A DNA stretch of 64,000 nt, taken from assembly GCA_028695015.1 (NCBI GenBank), contig JAQVJR010000001.1, positions 100,422 through 164,421 of the forward strand, read 5' to 3'. A program made the translations under genes and the position numbers. The stretch comes from Minisyncoccota bacterium (GTDB lineage Bacteria; Patescibacteriota; Minisyncoccia; UBA6257). The notes under the pieces are model-generated. The model was not told the origin of the DNA. It did not search any database and saw only the letters and a list, made by a program, of their open reading frames with translations. Numbering within the stretch: position 1 is the stretch's first letter; every line of letters begins with the position of its first letter. Shown here one piece after another: positions 19,226 through 27,693 of the stretch.

Positions 19226-21328
19226 TCATTCTGCTAAAGCCTTTGCCTCTTCTAATTTCAAAGAAAATAATTGAGAACAATCATCTGAAGTTAAAGTCAC
19301 TCCATAGATTGCCTGAACCGCACTCATTGTCATTCGATTATGGGTAATAATTATAAATTGAGTTTTTTGATTTAAGGCTTTTAGGATTTCAGCAAAACGC
19401 CGACTGTTTTCTTCATCTAGGGCTGCATCAATTTCATCAACTACTAATAAAGGAGCTTTTGATTGTTTAACCAAGGCAAATAACAAACAAATAGCCACTA
19501 GTGTTTTTTCACCCCCAGAAAGTATTTCTAAGCTCTTTAACTGTGTTTTTGGAATATTAATTTTAATATCAATACCCCAATTTAAATTCCCACTATCTGT
19601 TTGCTCTCTTTTCTGAACTAATTTTGCTGCGCCACCATTAAATATTAAGCGGAAATAATGATTGAATTGTTCATTTATTTCTTTAATGGCTTCATTAAAT
19701 TTTTCCTCTATTTGTTTTTCTAATTCTTTGATTAAGGATTGTAAATCTTCTATCCCTTTATTTAAATCATTTATTTGTTCGCTTAAAAAGTTATAACGCT
19801 CTGAAACTTCATGATATTCAGCAATGATATTTTCATCTTCAGCGCCAGCTTCAGTAAGCTCTTGTTTTCCTTTCCAAATTTTCCTTTCAAGAATATTCAA
19901 TGCCTCATCAGAAATTATTTCTTCTTGAGTGTTTTGGTAATTTTTTTCAAAATCATCAAACTCAAAATTTGATTCTTTGAGTCGTCTCTTAAAATCTTCC
20001 AAATGAAGCTCAAATTTTTCATTTAAAATCTCTTCTCTTTGCATCTCTCGGTATAATCTTTCTTTTTCTGTTCTTTTTAATTCTATTTCCTGAAATTTCT
20101 TCTTAAATTCTAGGCTCTGTTCATTTTGTTGTTCTTGTAATTTATTTAATTGTTCATTTTGATTTCTTAATTCTTTTTCTATCTTCTCTAATTCAAGTTG
20201 AATTTCTTGTATTTTTGTATTTTCTATTTCTTGAGGCTTATCTGAAAAATCAAGAAAAGAATTTAGATCTTCAATTAAATGATTGATTTTTTCTTTTATC
20301 TTTTCTAAATCAAATAATGAAAGCCAAGACTTTAATTCTTCTTTTAAAGAATGGAGTTTTTTTTCAAAATCCTGACCACTAACTTGTTTCTCTGACACTG
20401 CTTCTTGTCTTCCTAAATCTCTTAATAAAACTGATCTTTGATTTTGTAAATCAATAATTTCTTTTGTTAAGTTTCTAATTTTTGTTTCTAAATCTTTATC
20501 TTCTTGATTATCAATCAACCCTATAACTTTACTTTGTTCTTGAATTTCTTTTTCTAGATTTTCTATCTTATTCCTAATTGCATCAAAATCCAAAGGAGAA
20601 GTATTTCTTTCTTTTAATAATCGGTTATAAAGATTAATAAAATACTTGTTTTCAAGCAGAGAAAGCTCAGTTTTTATTTTTTCTACTTTTTCCCATCGAT
20701 TGACTTGTCTTTTTAATGATCTTAAATGAGGGAGAATTTCCTGTCTTAAAGCCTGGATTTTATCTAGGTTAATTGAAGTGCTTTCTAATTTTCTTCTAGC
20801 TTCTTCCTTTTTAATACCTAGGTTTTTAAGTCCTAAATCTTCTTCTAGCATCACTCTTCTTTCCTGAGCAGAAACTCTTAAGATATGATCCACTGACCCT
20901 TGATTGATAATTGAAAATCCTTTTAAGCCTAATTTAGCTGCCGCTGAGATTTCAATAATATCTTTAAGGCGACAAGGTTGATGATTAAGAAAATAACTAT
21001 TATTCTCATCACGGTCTATTCTTCTAGTAATACAAACTTCTGAAAATTCCAAAGGAAACAACCCCTGTTTATTATCAAAAATTAATTCTACTTCAGTAAA
21101 ACCAGCACTAAAATTCTTTTTATTACTAGAAAAGATTAAATCACTTCCCCGACTTATTCTTAAATTCTTAAAGCTCTGTTCTCCTAAGGCCCAACGAATT
21201 GCATCAACAACATTGGACTTACCTGAGCCATTAGGACCAACTATTGCTGTAAAAAAAACTGGAAAATCTAAAACATTTTTTCCAGAAAAAGATTTAAAAT
21301 TCTTTAAAACAATCTGCTTTAAAAACAT
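19226..21328 (-). CDS. smc: SMC-family chromosome condensation ATPase, only 700 aa and lacking a recognisable hinge domain
   Basis: N-terminal head FTAIVGPNGSGKSNVVDAIRWALGEQS; C-terminal head LSGGEKTLVAICLLFAL, LLVVDEIDAALD and IIITHN; the middle is continuous coiled coil; conserved rnc-smc synteny. Confidence 0.8.
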   Translation of the reverse strand: MFLKQIVLKNFKSFSGKNVLDFPVFFTAIVGPNGSGKSNVVDAIRWALGEQSFKNLRISRGSDLIFSSNKKNFSAGFTEVELIFDNKQGLFPLEFSEVCITRRIDRDENNSYFLNHQPCRLKDIIEISAAAKLGLKGFSIINQGSVDHILRVSAQERRVMLEEDLGLKNLGIKKEEARRKLESTSINLDKIQALRQEILPHLRSLKRQVNRWEKVEKIKTELSLLENKYFINLYNRLLKERNTSPLDFDAIRNKIENLEKEIQEQSKVIGLIDNQEDKDLETKIRNLTKEIIDLQNQRSVLLRDLGRQEAVSEKQVSGQDFEKKLHSLKEELKSWLSLFDLEKIKEKINHLIEDLNSFLDFSDKPQEIENTKIQEIQLELEKIEKELRNQNEQLNKLQEQQNEQSLEFKKKFQEIELKRTEKERLYREMQREEILNEKFELHLEDFKRRLKESNFEFDDFEKNYQNTQEEIISDEALNILERKIWKGKQELTEAGAEDENIIAEYHEVSERYNFLSEQINDLNKGIEDLQSLIKELEKQIEEKFNEAIKEINEQFNHYFRLIFNGGAAKLVQKREQTDSGNLNWGIDIKINIPKTQLKSLEILSGGEKTLVAICLLFALVKQSKAPLLVVDEIDAALDEENSRRFAEILKALNQKTQFIIITHNRMTMSAVQAIYGVTLTSDDCSQLFSLKLEEAKALAE

Positions 21329-21344
21329 TTGGATAACTTTTACT

Positions 21345-22061
21345 TTATTTCTTTGCTTTCTCCTGCCATTCTTTTTTTAAAAGCGCCTTTTCTGCTGCCT
21401 GAACCTCAGCTTCTTGTTTTGAATATCCTTCACCTTGAGCTATTAACTTATCTTTTAAATAAACCCCTATTTCAAATTGCTTTGCATGATCAGGCCCCCA
21501 GGACTTTATTAATCTATATGTTGGAGTAATGCTTAAAATTTCCTGACTTTTTTCCTGAAAAATACTTTTAGGATCTCTAAAACTCTTTGTTTTAAAAATC
21601 TCATCTGCCTTAACTAAGAGACATTTTTTAATAAATTTTTCTGCCTCTTCATGCCCTTGGTCTAAATAAATAGCCCCAACAAGAGCTTCCACTGCATTAG
21701 CTAGGAAATAAGGTTGATGTTTTTTTAATTCCCTTTTTTCTCCTTTAGAAACTAAGAGATAATCTTGAATACCTGTTTCTGTTGCTGCTTCTAGAAGAGA
21801 ATTACCATTAATAAGTGCTGCTCTTAAGCTGGTTAACTCCCCTTCCTGAAGCTGAGGGTATTTTTTATATAAATATTCTGCAGTAATTAATCCAATAACT
21901 GCATCACCTAAAAATTCTAATTTTTCATTATGCCCTATGCTAAGCCATTCTGGATGTTCATTTAAAAAAGAACGATGTGTCAAAGCTTGTTTTAATAAAT
22001 CTATGTTTTTAAATTGAACCCCAATTATTTTTTCAATCTTTTTAAAGTTAGAATCTTTCAT
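21345..22061 (-). CDS. rnc: Ribonuclease III
   Basis: RNase III signature HRSF...NEKLEFLGDAV; a C-terminal dsRBD. Confidence 0.9.
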   Translation of the reverse strand: MKDSNFKKIEKIIGVQFKNIDLLKQALTHRSFLNEHPEWLSIGHNEKLEFLGDAVIGLITAEYLYKKYPQLQEGELTSLRAALINGNSLLEAATETGIQDYLLVSKGEKRELKKHQPYFLANAVEALVGAIYLDQGHEEAEKFIKKCLLVKADEIFKTKSFRDPKSIFQEKSQEILSITPTYRLIKSWGPDHAKQFEIGVYLKDKLIAQGEGYSKQEAEVQAAEKALLKKEWQEKAKK

Positions 22062-22516
22062 TATAAATTTGCCTTATCTTGTTTTTTATCTAAAACTGCC
22101 TCCATTTCTCTAAAAATGGTTCCTAAAACTCCATTAACAAATCGACGTGAAGAATCCCCACCAAAAGTCTTAGCTAATTCAACTGCTTCATTAATTGCTA
22201 CCTTAGGTGGCACTTCTTTTGCATCACTAAATAATAATTCAAAAATCCCAATCCTTAAGATATTTCGATCTATAATATTAATCTGATTTAAAGGCCATTC
22301 AGGGGCACCAGAAACTATCAATTTATTTAATTTATCCCAATTACCCAGAATGCCCTCAAGAAGTTTTTGAGGATAGAGTTTATCTATTAAACCACTACTT
22401 AATGATTCAAGATTTCTTTCAAAGATTTTTTGAACATCTTTCTTTTCTCTTTTCCAAAAATCCCATTCATAAAGAGTTTGTAATACAATAGAGCGAGAAA
22501 GATGACGCGAACCCAT
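22061..22516 (-). CDS. nusB: Transcription antitermination factor NusB
   Basis: All-helical protein of about 150 aa; ...[13 protein letters not shown]...INEAVELAK... pattern. It overlaps the rnc start by 1 nt. Confidence 0.85.
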   Translation of the reverse strand: MGSRHLSRSIVLQTLYEWDFWKREKKDVQKIFERNLESLSSGLIDKLYPQKLLEGILGNWDKLNKLIVSGAPEWPLNQINIIDRNILRIGIFELLFSDAKEVPPKVAINEAVELAKTFGGDSSRRFVNGVLGTIFREMEAVLDKKQDKANL

Positions 22517-22528
22517 AATTAAATAATT

Positions 22529-22762
22529 TTATTTTTCTTCTTCGATTTCTTTTTGCTTCTTTTTTCTTTCTTTCTTACTCAAACCTTTAAAAACATCAAT
22601 TACTTCTTTTTCCTTATAATAACCGCAAAAAGGACAAACTCGATGAGGTAAAATCCTCTCTCCGCAATGAGAGCATTTTATCAAATTTGATAATTTAAGA
22701 GCCATATGTGAACGGCGCTTATTAACTCGTGAACGACTATGATGACGTGATGGCACTGCCAT
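22529..22762 (-). CDS. rpmF: 50S ribosomal protein L32 with a C4 zinc ribbon and a K-rich tail
   Basis: MAVPSRHHSRSRVNKRRSH... and CSHCGE...CPFCG. Confidence 0.85.
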   Translation of the reverse strand: MAVPSRHHSRSRVNKRRSHMALKLSNLIKCSHCGERILPHRVCPFCGYYKEKEVIDVFKGLSKKERKKKQKEIEEEK

Positions 22763-22832
22763 AATATTATCTCTAATTTAAAATTTAGCCTTTAAAGATT
22801 ATCACAAAAAACTCATTAAGACAAGAATTACA

Positions 22833-25721
22833 TTAATTATTAGCCCTTTTAAGATAAATAACAATTTCTTTATTATCAAGAATTAAATTTTCTTCAATCT
22901 CAAATTCTTCTGTTTTTTCCCATTTTATCTGCTTAATTCTTAATTCTTTTTTTATTTGTTTTTCGTTTTTTTGTAATAACTCTATTAATGAACTTTCTCC
23001 TTGGAAACAAACTAATATTTCATCACTGGCTGATAGATTATTTTTCTTACGGATAATTTGAATTTGTCTTGAACATTCTCGAATAATTCCCTCTTCTTTA
23101 AGCACTGGGGTGATTTTAGTATCAATTTCTATCTCTTGAGATAATTCTTTATCAAATGTAATTTTTTTAATATTAATTTCTTCTTTAATTAATTCTAATA
23201 ATTCTTCTTTGTCTTTTAATTCATTGTTTTTAATCTTTAATTCACTCAAAGGCTGCCTGACCCTTATCTTTTCTTTAATTCTCTCTGCTAAAGCTAAAGA
23301 TACTATCTCTCGTACTTTTTCCATTTCTTTTTCAAGCTGTTTGTTTATCAATTCTTCTTTAGGTATTGGATAATCACAAAGATGAACTGAGATTGGTTCT
23401 TCTTGCTCTCTTAAATCTTGATACAATTGTTCACTCATGAACGGAGCAAAAGGAGCCATTAATTTGCTTAAAGTAAAAAGGACTTGTGCTAAAACAGAAA
23501 GCGTTTCTTGATTTTCTCTTGCCTCTTTAAATCTCTGACGTGATCTTCGTAAATACCAAATGGATAAATCTTCAATAAATGCCTCAATGGATTTTATAGC
23601 TGGCAATAAGTCATATTTTTCCATTGCCTCTGTTATATCTTTATTTAAGCTATTTAATTTAGATAAGATCCATTTATCTAAGATATGAAGAGATTGATAT
23701 TGTTTTTCATCAATCTCTTTCATTCTTTTTAAAGAATAGAGTTTACTAAAACTAAAAACATTCCATAAGATAATTAAATTTTTCTTAAGAGCTTCTTCAA
23801 CTCCTTTCTCAGAAAAACGTAAATCATCTGCTCTAACTACTGGACTGGTTAATAAATAGAGTCGCATTGCATCAGCACCATATTGTTCTATTATCTTTAT
23901 TGGCTCAGGATAATTTTTCAAACGTTTGCTCATTTTTTGCCCATCTTCAGCTAAAACAATGCCATTAACAATGATATTAAGAAATGCTGGTTGATCAAAT
24001 AAAGCTGTGGCTAAAACCATTAAGGTATAAAACCAACCTCTTGTTTGATCTATTCCTTCAGCTACAAATTGAGCTGGGAAATTCTCTTCAAAGAATTCTT
24101 TGTTTTCAAAAGGATAATGAACCTGAGCATATGGCATTAAACCTGATTCAAACCAACAATCCAAAACCTCAGGAATCCTTTTCATTATTCCCTTACATTT
24201 TTCACATTTAAAAGTAAATTCATCTATAAAAGGACGATGCAAGTCCTTTACTTTTTGATTAGTTAATTCTTCTAGTTCAGCAACTGAGCCAATGGCTTTT
24301 AAATCATTGCATTCTTCACATTGCCAGATAGGAATTGGTGCTCCCCAATATCGAGAACGAGAAATTGACCAATCAGGAGCCTCAGCTAGTAATTTTCCAA
24401 AGCGCCCTTCTTTAATATGTTCTGGCACCCAATTAACTTTCTGATTGTTTTTAATAATTTTATCCCTAATTGCTGTTACCTGAACAAACCAAGAAGAAGT
24501 AGTGTAATTTAATAAAGGAGCATCACAACGCCAACAAAAAGGATATTTATGGAGTACAGTGTCTTGAATAAATACTTTTCCTTGTTCTTCTAATTTTTGA
24601 ACAATTTTTTTATCAGTTTCTAAGGGATTTCTTTTTGGCTTTACCTCTTCTCCAGCCCAATCATGTACTTCCTTAATAAATCGACCATCAGCATCAACAT
24701 GTTGAACAAAAGGTAATTTCTTTTTTTGTCCTAATTTTAAATCATCTTCACCAAAAGCTGGGGCAATATGAACTACTCCTGTACCTTCTTCTATAGAAAC
24801 AAAATCTCCTGAATAAATCTTCCAACCATTTTCTTTATTTTCTAAATCTTCTTGTTTGCTAAAATAATCAAATAATGATTCATATTTTAATCCAATTAAT
24901 TTTTCTCCTTTTATCTTTTCTATGATCTTGTATTCTTCTTTAATAATCTCTAATCTTTTTTCTGCTAAGATATAATAATTATCTTCTATCTTAATTTTTA
25001 CATATTCAATATCTTTACCTACAGCCAAGGCAACATTGCCTGGCAAAGTCCAAGGGGTTGTTGTCCAAGCTAAAATATATGTATTTTCTTGATTTATTAA
25101 TTTGAATTTTAAGGTAATGGCAATATCTTTAACTTCTTTATACCCTAGGCCAACTTCAAAATTAGAAAGCGTGGTGCCGCAACGAGGACAAATATGCATG
25201 CTTTTATATCCTTGATAAATCAATCCTTTATCCCATAACTGTTTAAAAGCCCACCAAACAGTTTCCATATATTCAAAATCCATTGTTTTATATGGATGTT
25301 CCATATCTACCCAACGGCCAATTTGAGGAATAATTTTTTGCCATTCATCAACATATCTCAAAACACTTTGCCTACAAGCAAAATTAAACTTATCAATACC
25401 AATATCTTCTATATCCTTTTTATTCTTAAGATTTAATTCTTGCTCGATCATGCATTCAATAGGCAAACCATGACAATCCCAACCCCAGCGTCTTTGTATA
25501 CGAAAACCTCTCATTGTCCAATAGCGCGGCACTGTATCTTTTATCAAAGAAGCTACCAAGTGCCCATAATGAGGCAAACCTGTGGCAAAAGGAGGTCCAT
25601 CATAAAAAACATATGCCTTATCTTTAGGCCTTTGTTCAATTGATTTTTCAAAAATTTTATTTTTTTGCCAAAAATCTAAAACTTGTTTTTCATTTTTAAT
25701 AAACTCAAGAACATCTTCCAT
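22833..25721 (-). CDS. ileS: Isoleucyl-tRNA synthetase
   Basis: Class I HIGH-type motif PHYGHL; KMSKR (KMSKRLKNYP); an editing-domain insertion; 962 aa. Confidence 0.95.
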   Translation of the reverse strand: MEDVLEFIKNEKQVLDFWQKNKIFEKSIEQRPKDKAYVFYDGPPFATGLPHYGHLVASLIKDTVPRYWTMRGFRIQRRWGWDCHGLPIECMIEQELNLKNKKDIEDIGIDKFNFACRQSVLRYVDEWQKIIPQIGRWVDMEHPYKTMDFEYMETVWWAFKQLWDKGLIYQGYKSMHICPRCGTTLSNFEVGLGYKEVKDIAITLKFKLINQENTYILAWTTTPWTLPGNVALAVGKDIEYVKIKIEDNYYILAEKRLEIIKEEYKIIEKIKGEKLIGLKYESLFDYFSKQEDLENKENGWKIYSGDFVSIEEGTGVVHIAPAFGEDDLKLGQKKKLPFVQHVDADGRFIKEVHDWAGEEVKPKRNPLETDKKIVQKLEEQGKVFIQDTVLHKYPFCWRCDAPLLNYTTSSWFVQVTAIRDKIIKNNQKVNWVPEHIKEGRFGKLLAEAPDWSISRSRYWGAPIPIWQCEECNDLKAIGSVAELEELTNQKVKDLHRPFIDEFTFKCEKCKGIMKRIPEVLDCWFESGLMPYAQVHYPFENKEFFEENFPAQFVAEGIDQTRGWFYTLMVLATALFDQPAFLNIIVNGIVLAEDGQKMSKRLKNYPEPIKIIEQYGADAMRLYLLTSPVVRADDLRFSEKGVEEALKKNLIILWNVFSFSKLYSLKRMKEIDEKQYQSLHILDKWILSKLNSLNKDITEAMEKYDLLPAIKSIEAFIEDLSIWYLRRSRQRFKEARENQETLSVLAQVLFTLSKLMAPFAPFMSEQLYQDLREQEEPISVHLCDYPIPKEELINKQLEKEMEKVREIVSLALAERIKEKIRVRQPLSELKIKNNELKDKEELLELIKEEINIKKITFDKELSQEIEIDTKITPVLKEEGIIRECSRQIQIIRKKNNLSASDEILVCFQGESSLIELLQKNEKQIKKELRIKQIKWEKTEEFEIEENLILDNKEIVIYLKRANN

Positions 25722-25784
25722 AAAATCTCTTTGTCTTTATTTGCCTTTAGTTTACTGCAAAAACCTCAAAAAAACAACATATTG

Positions 25785-25793
25785 TGATATAAT
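25785..25793 (+). promoter_or_regulatory. Candidate extended -10 promoter (TGaTATAAT) for smpB-ssrA
   Basis: TGATATAAT lies 18 nt upstream of the smpB ATG, in the divergent ileS/smpB spacer. Confidence 0.35.
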
Positions 25794-25810
25794 AAACATA
25801 ATATAAAATT

Positions 25811-26260
25811 ATGAAAGATTTTATTTTCAATAAAAAAGCTGCTTTTGATTATGAAATCCTAGAAAAATTTGAAGCAGGAATTGTCCTTTCTGGTACAGAA
25901 ATTAAAGCCATTAAATCTGGCAAAGCAAATTTAGCTGGCAGTTTTGCCATTATCAGAAATAATGAAATTTTCCTTTTAAATCTCTCTATTCCTCCTTATC
26001 AACCTAAAAATGTTAGTGCTTCTTATCAACCTGATAAAACCAGAAAATTGCTTCTTCATAAAAAACAGATTGCTTCTCTTTCCGGTCAATTAAAACAAAA
26101 AAACTTGACTTTAATACCCTTAAGAATGTATAATAAACACGGCTTGATTAAAGTAGAATTAGCTTTAGCCAAAGGAAAAAAGAAATTTGATAAAAGAGAA
26201 TCAATCAAAAAAAGAGAAACTCAAAGAAAAATTGACAGGGCTAAGCGAGGAGATTATTAA
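25811..26260 (+). CDS. smpB: SsrA-binding protein SmpB
   Basis: FDYEILEKFEAGIVLSGTEIKAIK...NLSIPPY...LLLHKKQI is the classic SmpB sequence; the gene is followed directly by tmRNA. Confidence 0.9.
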   Translation: MKDFIFNKKAAFDYEILEKFEAGIVLSGTEIKAIKSGKANLAGSFAIIRNNEIFLLNLSIPPYQPKNVSASYQPDKTRKLLLHKKQIASLSGQLKQKNLTLIPLRMYNKHGLIKVELALAKGKKKFDKRESIKKRETQRKIDRAKRGDY

Positions 26261-26271
26261 AGCCAATTTGA

Positions 26272-26646
26272 GGGGATGACGGGATTCGATAAAAAGGTCA
26301 TTTTTAAATATGCAAGTCGAGGAATTCTTGTTAGCTCGTAAAAATCAAGAAGGCATCTATAAATGCCAATCTCAAACCTGCTTATGCCTATGCCTAATCG
26401 CCTAGGCTAAGTTATTCCCTAAAGGGAAATTCTTTAAACAGATTCTCAATAGGTTTAAAGAATAAAAAACATTGAGATAGATTAATTGTCAGCGTTTCCG
26501 ACTAATAATTAATTGAATCTTGTTCGGAAAGTTTTAAGAAAAGTTTGTTTATTCTCTTTTCTTAAAAACTATAAAAGATAAACTAAACTTGTAGATTTAT
26601 TTAAAAACTCTTTTTAGACGTGGGTTCAACTCCCACCTTCTCCACC
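26272..26646 (+). ncRNA. ssrA: tmRNA (SsrA), with predicted tag peptide ANLKPAYAYA
   Basis: 5' end GGGGAUGACGGGAUUCGA. 3' tRNA-like end GACGUGGGUUCAACUCCCACCUUCUCCACC, with T-loop GGUUCAACUCC and ACC end. The acceptor stem has the G3.U wobble that specifies Ala identity. An in-frame tag gcc aat ctc aaa cct gct tat gcc tat gcc TAA runs 26365-26397, preceded by a PK1-like hairpin ggcaucuauaaaugcc. Confidence 0.85.
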
Positions 26647-26669
26647 TTAACTGCTAAACTTTTTTTAAT

Positions 26670-27143
26670 TTGGTCTCAAAAGAAATCCGTCTCATAGACG
26701 AAAAAAAACAACAATTAGGTGTTTATTCCTTTGAACAAGCTTCTCAGATAGCTACAGAAAAAGGATTTGATTTAATTTTAGTCACTGATAAAGTATCACC
26801 TCCGATTTATAAACTTGGTGATTATGGCAAATTAAAATACCAACAAGAGAAAGAATTAAAAAAAAGAAAACTGCAAGAGAAGCAAACTACTCAAAAATCC
26901 ATTCGCATTGGATTTAATGAAGGCGAGCATGACCTTAATGTGAAAATGAAAAAAGTAGAAAAATTCCTTGGGGAAAATAGAGCGGTTACTATTGAAATGA
27001 GATTACGAGGCAGGCAAAAAGCTCATTTTGATCTAGCTAAGGAAAAAATAAATAATTTTTGTAAAAAAATCACTATTCCTTATAAAGTTATTCAACCATT
27101 AAAAAAAGTCCCTCGAGGCTTAATGATAGTATTAAAACAATGA
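26670..27143 (+). CDS. infC: Translation initiation factor IF-3, with a non-AUG (TTG) start
   Basis: EIRLIDEKKQQLGV...DLILV...PPIYKLGDYGKLKYQ matches IF-3. The unusual start codon is a hallmark of autoregulated infC. Confidence 0.9.
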   Translation: MVSKEIRLIDEKKQQLGVYSFEQASQIATEKGFDLILVTDKVSPPIYKLGDYGKLKYQQEKELKKRKLQEKQTTQKSIRIGFNEGEHDLNVKMKKVEKFLGENRAVTIEMRLRGRQKAHFDLAKEKINNFCKKITIPYKVIQPLKKVPRGLMIVLKQ

Positions 27144-27313
27144 GAGTAAAATTATTTCGTAAAAGATTAAAAAAAACCAAAAAAGGTAAAATCATCAGAC
27201 GCTCTAGTCATCTAGGGCACACTAAAGCCAAAGATGCTACTAAGATTAAAAGGAGAAGATTAAGACCAGTTTTGGTAAAAAAACAAAAGAAATCTATTCT
27301 TAAACATTCTTAA
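27140..27313 (+). CDS. rpmI: 50S ribosomal protein L35, 57 aa; missed by the ORF track
   Basis: MRVKLFRKRLKKTKKGKIIRRSSHLGHTKAKDATKIKRRRLRPVLVKKQKKSILKHS. Its ATG overlaps the infC TGA in an ATGA arrangement. The infC-rpmI-rplT order is conserved. Confidence 0.85.
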   Translation: MRVKLFRKRLKKTKKGKIIRRSSHLGHTKAKDATKIKRRRLRPVLVKKQKKSILKHS

Positions 27314-27336
27314 TATTAAAAGAAGTAAATTTTATT

Positions 27337-27681
27337 ATGGTTAGAGTTAAAAGAGGCACTATTGCCCGAAAAAGAAGAAAAAACCTTTTAAAACACACTA
27401 AAGGTTTTCGTTATGGCCGTAAAAGCAAATACCGCCTATCTAAAGAAGCTTTATTACATGCTTGGACTAATGCTTTTAAAGACAGAAAAATCAAAAAAAG
27501 AGAAAACAGAAAGCTTTGGCAAGTAAAAATCAATGCTGCTTTAAAAGCTGAAGGTTTAAAATACAATAAATTCATTAAAGATTTAAAGGATAAAAAAATT
27601 ATCCTTGATCGTAAAGTTTTAGCTGAATTAGCAGAAAAACATCCTGCGTTATTTAAAAAAATCCTGGAAAATATCCAGTGA
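27337..27681 (+). CDS. rplT: 50S ribosomal protein L20
   Basis: MVRVKRGTIARKRRKNLLKHTKGFRYGR... Confidence 0.9.
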   Translation: MVRVKRGTIARKRRKNLLKHTKGFRYGRKSKYRLSKEALLHAWTNAFKDRKIKKRENRKLWQVKINAALKAEGLKYNKFIKDLKDKKIILDRKVLAELAEKHPALFKKILENIQ

Positions 27682-27693
27682 TTTTTTATTAAC

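Noticed and set aside
22763-22832. T-box or other leader upstream of ileS, leuS or thrS
   Set aside because: All upstream spacers are under 90 nt, too short for a T-box riboswitch. No specifier or T-box consensus was seen.
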